Shown here: positions 26,824-36,400 of the stretch, piece after piece
Position numbering within the stretch: the stretch's first letter is position 1
How the letters are laid out: the number at the start of each line of letters is the position of its first letter
Origin: Gemmatimonadales bacterium
Lineage (GTDB): Bacteria; Gemmatimonadota; Gemmatimonadetes; Gemmatimonadales; GWC2-71-9
DNA length: 64,000 nt
Assembly: GCA_050733215.1 (NCBI GenBank)
Contig: JBOHSN010000002.1
Span: forward strand, 3,933-67,932
Reading direction: 5' to 3'
The notes under the pieces: model-generated
What the model saw: only the letters and a program-made list of their open reading frames with translations
The model's database searches: none
What the model was told of the DNA's origin: nothing
Program-made: the position numbers and the translations under genes

Positions 26824-27249
26824 TCAGTTTACGATAAGCTCACCTCGCATCTCGTAGGCGCGATGCGGTGTGCTGTAGAACCGGTACGTGCCCGCCGGCA
26901 GCCGCGGCACGGTCACCCGGTATTCGATCCCGTTTTCGGCGAGCACCGGCCCCTGGAGATCGGAGCTCCGGTCGGGGAGCGCCGCCTGCAGCAGCGCCCG
27001 GGCGGCGGCGGACAGTCCCGTTGCTTCGAACGCCAGCGCATGCGGCGCCCCGCTCGATACTCGAAAGGTCAGCAGGTCACCGGGCTTGGCCGTAATGCGC
27101 GCGGGCACAAAGCGATGCACGTCGCGGTCGGCGTCCACTTCGAGCCGGATCACGTGGGTGCTCTGGCCCACGGCCGGGTCGGGCACCGTCAGCGGGGCGA
27201 GTGCGGCGACGCACATCAACCACGCGGTGCACGCCTTTGCGTGCCCCAT
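26824..27249 (-). CDS. Cupredoxin-like (plastocyanin/pseudoazurin fold) secreted protein lacking the Cys copper ligand
   Basis: Internal ATG at 27249 gives a 141-aa protein with a signal peptide. It has GDLLTFRVSSGAPHALAF (first His). The C-terminal loop reads YRFYSTPHRAYEMRGELIV, where the canonical loop is Y.C.PH...GM.G. Confidence 0.7.
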   Translation of the reverse strand: MGHAKACTAWLMCVAALAPLTVPDPAVGQSTHVIRLEVDADRDVHRFVPARITAKPGDLLTFRVSSGAPHALAFEATGLSAAARALLQAALPDRSSDLQGPVLAENGIEYRVTVPRLPAGTYRFYSTPHRAYEMRGELIVN

Positions 27250-27321
27250 TCGACGTCCATAGATTCCCTTGAGGTGGGACCTTTGGTCGGGTTCACGCTT
27301 TTCCCACCGGAAGGACCGACT

Positions 27322-27552
27322 GTGGGTCGTCGGGGCATTAAGGAGTACCGGGCGCCAGAAGCGTTGATCTTGATCTCGGCTGATCGGGACCATAAACCTC
27401 TGGTGTGCCCCTCCTGCGGGTCCTCCGCCGTCGAACGCCATCCTCCCCGCGCATCCGAAGAAGACCATCCGGCCGGCCGGGTGACGCTCCACTGCACCTC
27501 GTGCAGCCGGAGCGCCGTGTACATCGATCGGGGTCAGGCCGCGGCGAGGTGA
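27322..27552 (+). CDS. Small zinc-ribbon protein (two CxxC pairs)
   Basis: A GTG at 27322 with GGAAGGA 6 nt upstream. 76 aa, ..LVCPSCGSSAVER...LHCTSCSRSAVYIDR. GC3 is somewhat lower than in neighbouring genes. Confidence 0.4.
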   Translation: MGRRGIKEYRAPEALILISADRDHKPLVCPSCGSSAVERHPPRASEEDHPAGRVTLHCTSCSRSAVYIDRGQAAAR

Positions 27553-27574
27553 CCCTGCGCGCCAGCCGCTCGCG

Positions 27575-29455
27575 CTAGGCGTGCTCGCCCCGGGTTCCCT
27601 CGAGCACTTTCTGCACCGCCGCGACCAGCTCTCCGGCGTGGAATGGCTTGGTGAGCAGGAGGGTCCCGGCAGGTGCTCCACTCCGATCCGCGACCTCGCG
27701 CTCGCTGAACCCCGACATGAACAGCACCGGCATTCCCGGCCGGAGCTGCACGGCCCGATCAGCCAGCTCGACGCCGCTCACCCCCGGCATCACGACGTCG
27801 GTCAGAATCAGATCGAGCGCGCCGCCATAGTCCTGCAATGCTTCGAGGGCGGCGCCGCCGTCACTCGCCTCCACGACGGTGAACCCCTGCTGGCGAAGGA
27901 TCCTGGCGGCCATGGTGCGAACCGCATCCTCGTCCTCGACGAGCAACACCGTCGGACTGCCGGAGGGCTGGGCCGGCTGCCGGCGCGGCCCCGGCGTGGA
28001 GGCGGGCAGGTACACGGTCACCGTCGTGCCGGCCCCCGCCTCGCTCTCCAGCCAGATGAATCCTCCGGTCTGCTTCACGATGCCGTACGCCGTCGACAGG
28101 CCCAGGCCTAGCGCCTCCCCCGACCGCTTCGTCGTGAAGAACGGCTCGAATGCACGGTTCCGCACCTCGGGGGTCATGCCCCTGCCGTTGTCGCGCACGA
28201 CCAGCACCGCATACTCACCCGCCGGAATCTCTACGCCGAGCCGGCTGCGGTCGGGCTCGACCAGCGACGCGGAGCGAGTCTCGATGCACACCTCGCCATC
28301 GGGCACGCCTGCCGCGGCATCGCGCGCGTTCAGCACGAGGTTCAACAGCACCCGCTCGAGCTGTGGGCGGTCGGCGACGACCGGCGGGGCATCCGGCGCG
28401 AGCGCGAGCGTGAGCGCGAGATCGTCCCGCAGCATCGCGCGCATGGTGCGCTCCATCCCGAGGGCGATCTCCGGCAGCTGAAGTTGGGTCGGGCGCAGCA
28501 GTTGCTGGCGGCTGAACGCGAGCAGCTGCTTGGTCAGCTCGGCCGATCGCAGCGTCGCGTGGCGGATCTCCTCGACATCGGCCCGGCGCGGGTCGTCGAG
28601 CGCCAGATCGTTGAGCAGCAGATCGGAGTAGCCCAGCACGGTGCTGAGCGCGTTGTTGAAGTTGTGCGCGATGCCTCCCGCCAGTTTGCCGATCGACTCC
28701 ATACGGTCCGCGAATTCCTCGCGCCGAGCGCGTGGGATCGGGGTCGAAGCGTCGGTGAGGAAGCCGTGCATCTCGATCTCGCCGCCGTTGAAACACGGCG
28801 TGGCGCTCAGGCTCGCGGGAAAGCGCACTCCGTCCTGGCGCCGGAGCTCGAGCTGCATCGGGCCGATCGGCGCCGCCGCTTCCAGCTGCTGCAGCAGGAC
28901 CCGCCGGGCCTCCGGATCGGGCACGAAGTCCCCCCAGGCACGGCGGCGCGCGTCGTCGGCCGACCCGAGTCCGAGCATGCCGGCGCAGCGGGCGTTCGCG
29001 ACGAGGATGCGCCCGTCGGGGGCGGCGATCCAGCGGCCGATCAGATCGTTTTCGAAGTAGCCGCGGAACCGGGCGAGCGCGGGGTCCAGCGCCCGGAGGC
29101 TCGCGTCCCGGGCGCGGAGCAGCACGTCTATCCTGGCCAGGAGCTCCGGCGTGTGCACCGGTGTCTGGATCAGCTCATCCACGGCGGTCCACAAGAACCG
29201 CGCGAAGAGCGGTACGTCCTGGGGGGTGGTCACGAGCAGGAACGGCAGGAAGGCGGGAGAGTCGGCGCGCTTGCGTTCGGCGATGCGGCGCCAGAACCGG
29301 TGCAGCGCCGGGCCGTCCACGACGCCCAGCGCAAATGGCCCGGCGAGGGGCGATTCGGATTCCGCGACGATCACCCGCCGCCCGCGAGACAGCATGTCGG
29401 CCAGCAGGCGGGCCGCGTCCGGCTCCGAGAGCAGGAGCAGAACGTCGCCGCTCAC
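27575..29455 (-). CDS. Hybrid sensor histidine kinase (REC-like, PAS, HisKA, HATPase, REC)
   Basis: 626 aa with H-box IGKLAGGIAHNFNNAL, N/G boxes (VLNARDA; DNGRGM; GLGLSTAYGIV) and a C-terminal REC (VLLVEDEDAVR..LILTDVVMPG..KPF). Confidence 0.92.
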   Translation of the reverse strand: MSGDVLLLLSEPDAARLLADMLSRGRRVIVAESESPLAGPFALGVVDGPALHRFWRRIAERKRADSPAFLPFLLVTTPQDVPLFARFLWTAVDELIQTPVHTPELLARIDVLLRARDASLRALDPALARFRGYFENDLIGRWIAAPDGRILVANARCAGMLGLGSADDARRRAWGDFVPDPEARRVLLQQLEAAAPIGPMQLELRRQDGVRFPASLSATPCFNGGEIEMHGFLTDASTPIPRARREEFADRMESIGKLAGGIAHNFNNALSTVLGYSDLLLNDLALDDPRRADVEEIRHATLRSAELTKQLLAFSRQQLLRPTQLQLPEIALGMERTMRAMLRDDLALTLALAPDAPPVVADRPQLERVLLNLVLNARDAAAGVPDGEVCIETRSASLVEPDRSRLGVEIPAGEYAVLVVRDNGRGMTPEVRNRAFEPFFTTKRSGEALGLGLSTAYGIVKQTGGFIWLESEAGAGTTVTVYLPASTPGPRRQPAQPSGSPTVLLVEDEDAVRTMAARILRQQGFTVVEASDGGAALEALQDYGGALDLILTDVVMPGVSGVELADRAVQLRPGMPVLFMSGFSEREVADRSGAPAGTLLLTKPFHAGELVAAVQKVLEGTRGEHA

Positions 29456-29491
29456 CGGCCCGGCCCGAATCGGGTCACGGCGCCTGCCGGG

Positions 29492-30247
29492 TCACTCGGG
29501 CGTGGAAAACAGACGGCCCCATCGGATCGCCGTCACGAAGGGGAGAGAGCGCCAGCTGTTTGCATCGTAGCTGAAGTAGACCAGAAGCGGCCGGCCGCGA
29601 ACGTTCTCCCGCGGCAGAAAGCCCCAGTAGCGCCCGTCGTAGCTGCTGTCCCGGTTGTCACCCATCATGAAAAACGAATCGGCGGGCACGACGATCGGGC
29701 CCCACTCCTGGAGATCCGGCTTGTAGGTCGCCCCATCGCGCTGGACGAGATGGGGAAGCTGCCAATCCCGCATCTTGAGCCGCTGCATCGCGTCTTCCGA
29801 GCGGGCCTGATCGGTGTGGATCACATACGCCTCCTCCACCTTCGCCCCGTTGCGGTACAACGCGCCGCCTTCCATCGCCAGCGTGTCGCCCGGCATCCCG
29901 ATCAGCCGCTTGACCACCTTGAGTCCCGGCTCCTCGACCGAGTCGAACACCAGGATGTCGTTGCGGCGCGGCTCCCGGACCGCGGGCAGGCGCGCGCCCA
30001 CGATCGGCACCTCGGCCCCGTACAGCGCCTTGTTGACGAAGAGGAAATCCCCGATCAGGAGCGTGTGCTCCATGCTTCCCGATGGAATGCGGAACGCCTC
30101 GACCAGAAACGTTCGCAGGAGGAACCAGACCACCAGCGCGACGAGAATGGATTTGGTCCATTCCCAGAGCCAGGTGGCGAAGGACCGCGTCGCGTGCGCG
30201 GTGGAACGCGGGGTGGGCGTGGTCTCGGCGCGAGGCGACACGGTCAT
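29492..30247 (-). CDS. lepB: Signal peptidase I
   Basis: SGSMEHTL (catalytic Ser), VKRLIG (Lys box) and GDNRDSSYDGRYWGF. Start chosen at ATG 30247; the alternative is 30313. Confidence 0.9.
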   Translation of the reverse strand: MTVSPRAETTPTPRSTAHATRSFATWLWEWTKSILVALVVWFLLRTFLVEAFRIPSGSMEHTLLIGDFLFVNKALYGAEVPIVGARLPAVREPRRNDILVFDSVEEPGLKVVKRLIGMPGDTLAMEGGALYRNGAKVEEAYVIHTDQARSEDAMQRLKMRDWQLPHLVQRDGATYKPDLQEWGPIVVPADSFFMMGDNRDSSYDGRYWGFLPRENVRGRPLLVYFSYDANSWRSLPFVTAIRWGRLFSTPE

Positions 30248-30321
30248 CTCAGGGCACTCATCCGACAGCGTGAACGATCCGCGGCGCAACGCGCGGGCGC
30301 GCGGGGCGCGCACCCGGAAGC

Positions 30322-30786
30322 TTAGCGGAGTTGTTGAATGGCCGCGAGGACTTCCTGGGCGTGGCCCTCGGGCTTCACCTTCTCGAAGATCCGGCGCACC
30401 GTCCCGGTTCCGTCGATCAGGAACGTGGTACGGAGGATGCCCTGATACTTCTTGCCGTACATCGACTTCTCACCCCACGCCCCATAGGCTTCGGCTACCG
30501 CGTGGTCGGGATCGGCCAGGAGCGCGAACGGCAGCCGGTATTTCGCCCGGAAGCGCTGGTGCGAGGCCACGCCGTCAGGCGACACCCCGAACACGGCGGC
30601 ACCGGTGTCCTGCACGTCCGCCCAGGCGTCGCGGAAGCCGCAAGCTTCCTTGGTGCAACCGGGCGTGTCGTCCTTGGGATAGAAATAGAGCACGACGTGG
30701 CGGCCCGCGAGCTCCGACAACCGGACGGTCCGACCGTCGTCGGCTGTCAGGGAAAAGGCAGGGGCTTTGTCACCAGGTGCGAGCAT
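30322..30786 (-). CDS. bcp: Peroxiredoxin Bcp
   Basis: 154 aa with [15 protein letters not shown]. Confidence 0.92.
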   Translation of the reverse strand: MLAPGDKAPAFSLTADDGRTVRLSELAGRHVVLYFYPKDDTPGCTKEACGFRDAWADVQDTGAAVFGVSPDGVASHQRFRAKYRLPFALLADPDHAVAEAYGAWGEKSMYGKKYQGILRTTFLIDGTGTVRRIFEKVKPEGHAQEVLAAIQQLR

Positions 30787-30789
30787 AGA

Positions 30790-30885
30790 GTAAGGGCGGT
30801 AGAGGCGGTAGGGCCGGTGGAGGCGGTAAGGGAGTGGGTAATGTAGCTACCGTCCCTGCCGCCGTTACCGCCCACTGTCCGCACC
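30790..30885. repeat. Imperfect inverted arrays of ~9-nt tandem repeats (GGCGGTA-type)
   Basis: Left arm: TAAGGGCGG TAGAGGCGG TAGGGCCGG TGGAGGCGG TAAGGGAGTGGG. Right arm: CCGTCCCTG CCGCCGTTA CCGCCCACT, which approximates the complement unit CCGCCnnTA. It overlaps the stop of the MFP gene. Confidence 0.6.
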
Positions 30886-31962
30886 TGTTTCCCTGGGTGC
30901 TTCCCTGCCGCGTTCAACCACTTTGGGGGCGAGCGGGGCGCCTTCAGACAGTCGTTCCTGCCCAGCCACCACTACCTGCTCGCCGCCTTCCACCCCGGAC
31001 CGCGCCTCGACGAACCCGGGACTCCGGACCCCGAGCTCGACCTGGCGCCGTGTCGCCTTGCCGTCTTTGGCGACCCACACGTAATTGGTGCCCTGCAGCG
31101 GGAGCACCGCGTCTTCGGGAATGACGACCGCGCCTGGCCGGACCGCCGTGGCCAACCGGGCCTCAATGAACATGCCGGCCTGCAGCTCGCGCTTGGGGTT
31201 CGGCACCTGCGCCTTCACCATGATGGTGCGTCCCGGGAGCTGGACGATGGGATCCACGAAGTCCACGATCCCGGTGAACTCGCGGCCCGGCAGGGCCGCC
31301 ACGCGGAAGACCACTCGCTGCTTCACGGCGAGGTCCTCCGCGTAGCGCTCCGGCACCTGGAACACGGCGCGCTGCGGATCGACCGTCTGGAGCGCGGCAA
31401 GCCGGCTCTCGGTGGTCACGTAGTCACCGAGGCTCACGAAGCGCTGCCCCGCCACGCCCGCGAACGGCGCTCGCACCGTGGTCCGCCGAAGCCGCACCGA
31501 CAGGAGCTCCAGTTGCGCCTCGGTGCTCCGGGCCGTGGCTTCGGCCCGCTCGAGATCGGCCTGCGAGGAGGCGCGCTGGGCGAGGAGCTCCCGCGTCCGG
31601 CCGAGCGCCTGCCGCGCGAGGTCCCGCTCCGCCTCGGCCCGCGCGACTTCGGCCCGGAGCTCGGCATCGTCCACCTTGAACAGCGCGGTGCCCCGCGCGA
31701 CCGGCGCGCCTTCACGCACCAGGATCTGAGTCAGCCGCCCTTCGATCTCGGGCCGCAACTCGATGGACTGGATCGCTTCGATCTGCCCCGAGGCGTTGAT
31801 GGCATCGACCACGGTGTCGCTGGCGGCGACGGCGACCTCCACCGGCATGGGCGGAGGCGCACCTCCTCCCGCGCCCGGCTGCTTGCCGTTGGCGGTTGAT
31901 TCGGCCTTGCTGCACCCCGCCGCGAGCGTCGCGGCGAGAGCGGTGCGGAGGAATGCGTTCAC
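30865..31962 (-). CDS. RND efflux periplasmic adaptor (membrane fusion protein)
   Basis: 365 aa with a lipobox (LAAGCS), a coiled-coil hairpin and beta-barrel regions typical of the HlyD/AcrA family. Confidence 0.9.
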   Translation of the reverse strand: MNAFLRTALAATLAAGCSKAESTANGKQPGAGGGAPPPMPVEVAVAASDTVVDAINASGQIEAIQSIELRPEIEGRLTQILVREGAPVARGTALFKVDDAELRAEVARAEAERDLARQALGRTRELLAQRASSQADLERAEATARSTEAQLELLSVRLRRTTVRAPFAGVAGQRFVSLGDYVTTESRLAALQTVDPQRAVFQVPERYAEDLAVKQRVVFRVAALPGREFTGIVDFVDPIVQLPGRTIMVKAQVPNPKRELQAGMFIEARLATAVRPGAVVIPEDAVLPLQGTNYVWVAKDGKATRRQVELGVRSPGFVEARSGVEGGEQVVVAGQERLSEGAPLAPKVVERGREAPRETGADSGR

Positions 31963-33413
31963 GGGACGTCCTTGTTCGGGAACAGCCGGCGGCCGAGAAT
32001 CGCCTCGAGTCCCGCGAGCGCGAGCCGGGTCGAGTAGTTGGCCTGCACCAGGTCGGCCTGGGCTTGGGTGAGACTGATCTGCGCCTCGAGCAGCTCGAGG
32101 ATCGTGGTGGCGCCCGCGCGATAGCGCGCGTCCTGCACCCGGAAGTTCTCGGTGGCGGCCGCCACCGCCACGCCCGAGAGATCGACCGTGATCCGTGCGG
32201 TCCGATACGCCTCGTACGCTTCGGTCACGTCACGCGCGGCGCCACGCTCGAGATCAGCCCGGATCGCGCGCGCCACGTCCCGGTTCAGCCGGGCCTGCGC
32301 GATCCCGATCTGCCGGTTGCCGAGGTCCCAGATCGGCAGCGACACGGTGAGCGTGATCGACTGCACGTCCCGCGCGGTCGGAAAGAACCTCGAGTCGAAG
32401 GTGAAGTTACCCCCCGACAGGGTGACCGTCGGGAGATACTCGCCCCGGCGCCCGCGCAGCAGCGCCTCCGCCTGCCGCTCGTTGGCCCGGGCCACGCGGT
32501 ACTGCGGGCCCTGCCGGAGCGCCTCACTCACGGCCGCCGGGAGCGCGACGGGCAATTCGGCCGGCGGCACGCTGTCAGCCGGCGCCGCGCCCACCGGACC
32601 GTCCGCGCCGATCCGCCGCCCGAGCTGAAGCTGCGACACCCGGAGCGCCGCGCCCTGGCGGGTGAGGTCGATCCGCGCCCGGGTCACCTCGAGCACGAGC
32701 TGGAGCGAGTCGGACTGCACGGCGGCGCCCGATAACACGCGGGCCCGGCCGACGGCGAGCTGTTCTTCCGCGCGGCGGAGACGCTCCTGCGAGACGCGAG
32801 TCAGCTCCTGAGCCGCGAGCACGCCGTAGAAGTCCGACTCGACCAGGAGCGCCGTGCGAAAGCGCTGCTCCAGCTCGCCCGCTTCCGCCCCTTCCAGCTC
32901 GGCCTTGGACGCGCTCAGCGCGGTGAACTTGCCCCAGCGGAACAGCTCGTAGCTGCCGACGAGCCGTGAGTTCACCGCGGTGCTCTGCGGCTGCCCCGTG
33001 CCGACGTTGAAGAAGTCCACCGAGTACTTGGTGGCGTCGAGCCCGGCGGTGATCGCGGGGACGATGAATGCGAGTCGCGCCGCGCGGCGGGACCACTCCG
33101 CGTTGTCGATCTGTCCGAGCGCGCGCACGTAATCCGGATCGAGCCGCGTCGCCTGCTCGAGCGCCTCCGCGAGCGTCACCGTCGGCACCGTGTCTTGCCG
33201 GGCTTCGGCCACTGCATTCACAGGGAGGCGCGGAGGACGCGGAGAACAGCACTTCATTGTGGTCTCATGCCCAAGCATCGGGATGCCCGGACATGACACT
33301 ACAACAATGCAGTTCTCCGCGTCCTCCGCGCCTCCGTGTGAATCATTTGCAGCGCTCAATGGAGCGACAGAGCCAAGAGCGAGTGCCGATGCCAGCATGA
33401 TCGCCGCCCTCAC
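31959..33413 (-). CDS. TolC-family outer-membrane efflux protein, carrying a ~43-aa insertion encoded by a palindromic element
   Basis: 484 aa. TLAEALEQATRLDPDYVRALGQIDNAEW starts a typical OMF repeat. The GTG start overlaps the RND gene stop (GTGA). Signal peptide is MRAAIMLASALALGSVAPLSA. Confidence 0.85.
   Translation of the reverse strand: MRAAIMLASALALGSVAPLSAANDSHGGAEDAENCIVVVSCPGIPMLGHETTMKCCSPRPPRLPVNAVAEARQDTVPTVTLAEALEQATRLDPDYVRALGQIDNAEWSRRAARLAFIVPAITAGLDATKYSVDFFNVGTGQPQSTAVNSRLVGSYELFRWGKFTALSASKAELEGAEAGELEQRFRTALLVESDFYGVLAAQELTRVSQERLRRAEEQLAVGRARVLSGAAVQSDSLQLVLEVTRARIDLTRQGAALRVSQLQLGRRIGADGPVGAAPADSVPPAELPVALPAAVSEALRQGPQYRVARANERQAEALLRGRRGEYLPTVTLSGGNFTFDSRFFPTARDVQSITLTVSLPIWDLGNRQIGIAQARLNRDVARAIRADLERGAARDVTEAYEAYRTARITVDLSGVAVAAATENFRVQDARYRAGATTILELLEAQISLTQAQADLVQANYSTRLALAGLEAILGRRLFPNKDVP
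33216..33343. repeat. MITE-like palindromic element (32-bp terminal inverted repeats, 64-bp lower-GC core) inside the TolC-like CDS
   Basis: ATTCACAGGGAGGCGCGGAGGACGCGGAGAAC at 33216-33247 matches the reverse complement of 33312-33343 at 31 of 32 positions. The arms are themselves about 8-9-nt tandem units (GGAGGCGC GGAGGACGC GGAGAAC). Confidence 0.85.
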
Positions 33414-36400
33414 TCCGCCTCCGCCGCGGCGGGGGACGGCGCGAGGGCCGGACGGCGCGCGTGCACCCGCTCGCGCGCGCGGTCGAACAGCACATACACC
33501 ACCGGTACCAGGAACAGCGTCAGGATCGTGGAGACGAGCACCCCGCCCACGATCGCGTAGCCGAGCGGCCGCCGGCTCGCGGCGCCGGCGCCAAGCCCCA
33601 GCGCGATCGGCAGCGCGCCCATGATGGTCGAGACCGACGTCATGAGAATCGGGCGGAGCCGGATCCGTCCCGCCTCGCGCACCGCGGCCAGCGTGTCGAG
33701 ACCGCGCTCCTTGAGCTGGTTGGCGTACTCCACGAGCAGGATCGAGTTCTTGGTCACGAGACCGATCAGCAGGATCATCCCGATCTGGCTGTACAGATTG
33801 ATCGTGGAACCGGCGAGCAGGAGCGTCACCAGCGCCCCGGTCACGGCCAGCGGCACCGCCAGCAGCACCGTGAACGGGTGCACCAGCGACTCGAACTGCG
33901 AGGCGAGCACCATGAACACCACCACCAGCGCCAGCACGAACGCGAAGTAGAGCGCGCCGCCGCTCTCCTCCAGCTCGCGCGACTCGCCCGCGAGCGCCGT
34001 GGTGCTCCCCCGCGGCAGCACCTCGGCCGCGACCCGGTTCAGCGAGTCCAGCGCCTCGCCCAGCGTGAACCCGGGCCCGAGGCTCGCGGTCAAGGTGAAG
34101 CTCCGCACCCGGTTGAAATGGTTCAGCTCGCGGGGGCCCACACCCTCGGTGATGTTCGCGACCGCGTCCAGCTTGATCAGCTGGTCGTCACGCCCCCGGA
34201 CGTACAGCCCCGTCATGTCACTCGGCGTGGCCCGCGCCTCGGGCGAGAGCTGCACGATCACGTCGTAGAGCTTGTTCGCGCGGGTGAAGGTGCTCACCTC
34301 GCGCCCGCCAAGCATCGTCTGAAGCGTGGCCGCCACGTTGCCCACCGGCACGCCCAGATCCTCCGCGCGGTCGCGATCGAAGCTCACCGTGAGCTCCGGC
34401 TTGTTGACCCGGAGGTCGGTGTCCACGTTCAGCAGGCCCTTGATCCCGCGGGCGCGGGCAGTCAGTGTGTCCGCCGCCTTCGCGAGCTGCGCGAAATCGG
34501 AATGCTGGACCACGTACTGCACCGGGCTGCCCCAACCGAACGCCGGCGGATTGTTGGCGAACGCGAACACGCCGGGAATGGCGAAGAACTGCCCCTGCAC
34601 TTCGCCGACGATCTCGCCCACCTTGCGGGTCCGCTTGGACCAGTCTTCCAGGTTGACGAAGATGATCCCGCGGCTCACGCCGTCGCCGATGTTCACGACG
34701 CTGAAGAAGCCTTCGATCCCCTCGGTCTTGGCGAGCACCGCCTCGGCCTGCTGCTGGTAGCTGTCAGTGTAGCCCAGCGAGGAGCCTTCGGGGGCGATGA
34801 GAAAGCTGATGAACCAGCCCCGATCCTCCGGCGGAATGAACTCGCGCTTGAGCGCCTTGAACACGACCCCGGCCCCGACCAGCAGCGCCAGCGCGCCGAG
34901 CACCACCGCCCAGCGCAGGTGGAGCGCGCGGTCGAGCAGCCAGGCGTAGCCGGTGGACATCGCGTCGAAGCCGCGCTCCAGCGAGCGGTACACCCGGCCA
35001 TGGGACTTGGGCACCCGGAGGATCTGGGCGCAGAGCATCGGCGTCAGCGTGAGCGCCACCAGGCCCGACACCGCCACCGACCCCGCCACCGCGATCCCGA
35101 ATTCGTTGAACAGCCGGCCGGTGGACCCCGTGAGGAACGCGAGCGGCGTGAACACCGCGATGAGGCAGATGGTGGTGGCCACCACCGCGAATCCGATTTC
35201 GCGGGTCCCCTCGCGTGCCGCGGTCTTCGGATCCTCGCCCAGTTCCTCCTGGTGCCGGTACGCGTTCTCGAGCACGATGATCGCGTCGTCCACCACGATG
35301 CCGATCGCGAGCGTCAGCGCGAGCAGCGTGAGGTTGTTGATGGAGAAGCCGAGGAAGTACATCACCGCGAACGTGGCGACGATCGAGGCCGGGATCGCGA
35401 GCCCGGGGATGATCGTCGCGCGTAGATTCCGGAGGAACACGAAGATGATGATGACGACCAGCCCGCCGGCGATGAGCAGCGTGTGTTGCGCCTCGAGAAT
35501 CGAGCGCTTCACGTACACCGATTGGTCGAACGCCGGGTCGATCCGCACGCCGGGCGGCAGCGACCGCTGGATGGCCGGCAGCTCTGCGTGAATCGCGTCG
35601 GCCACCTGGATGATGTTGGCCTTGGACTGCCGGATCACCCCGATGGCCACCGCCGGCCGCTGGTTGAACCGGAGGACGCTCCGCTCGTCTTCGGCGCCCA
35701 GCTCGACCCGCGCGATATCCTTGAGCTTGACGAGCTGGCCGCTCCGGCTCGACACCACGAGCTCGGCGAATTCCGCCGGCGTCTTGAGCTCGCCGAGCGA
35801 ACGGACCGTGAATTCGCGGCGCTCCGACTCGATCCGGCCGCCCGGGATCTCGACGTTCCGGGTGCGGATCGCCTCTTCGACGTCCTGCACCGTGAGGCTG
35901 CGGGCCGCGAGCTCCGAGGCGCTGAGCCACACCCGCATCGAGAATCGGCGCTCGCCGAAGATGCGCGCCTGTCCCACGCCGGGGAGCGTCTGGAGCCGGG
36001 ACTTGACCAGCCGGTCGCCGATGTCGGACAGCTGGAGCAGGTCGTAGTTTTCGCCCGAGAGCGCCAGCCAGAAGAAGGGGTTGGCGTCGGCTTCCTGCTT
36101 GGCCACGACCGGCTCGTCCACGTCTTCCGGCAGCCGGTCCCGCACCCGGGACACCTTGTCCCGCACGTCCTGGGCGGCGGCTTCGACGTCGCGATCGAGA
36201 TTGAACTCCAGGGTGATGTTGCTCACCTGCTCCTGGCTCGCGCTGGTGAGCGTGCGGAGTCCCTCGACGGTGCTCAGTTCCTCCTCGAGGATGTCGGTGA
36301 CGGCCGACTCGACGACCTGCGGGTTGGCGCCCGGCAGCACCGTAGTGACGGACACGATGGGCGGATCCACGTCGGGGTACTCGCGGACCGAGAGCCGGGT

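Noticed and set aside
28484-30325. 613-aa plus-strand ORF
   Set aside because: It is antisense to the hybrid kinase and lepB.
33461-35425. 654-aa plus-strand ORF, and 34764..35930 on the minus strand
   Set aside because: These are antisense or out-of-frame shadows of the RND permease gene.
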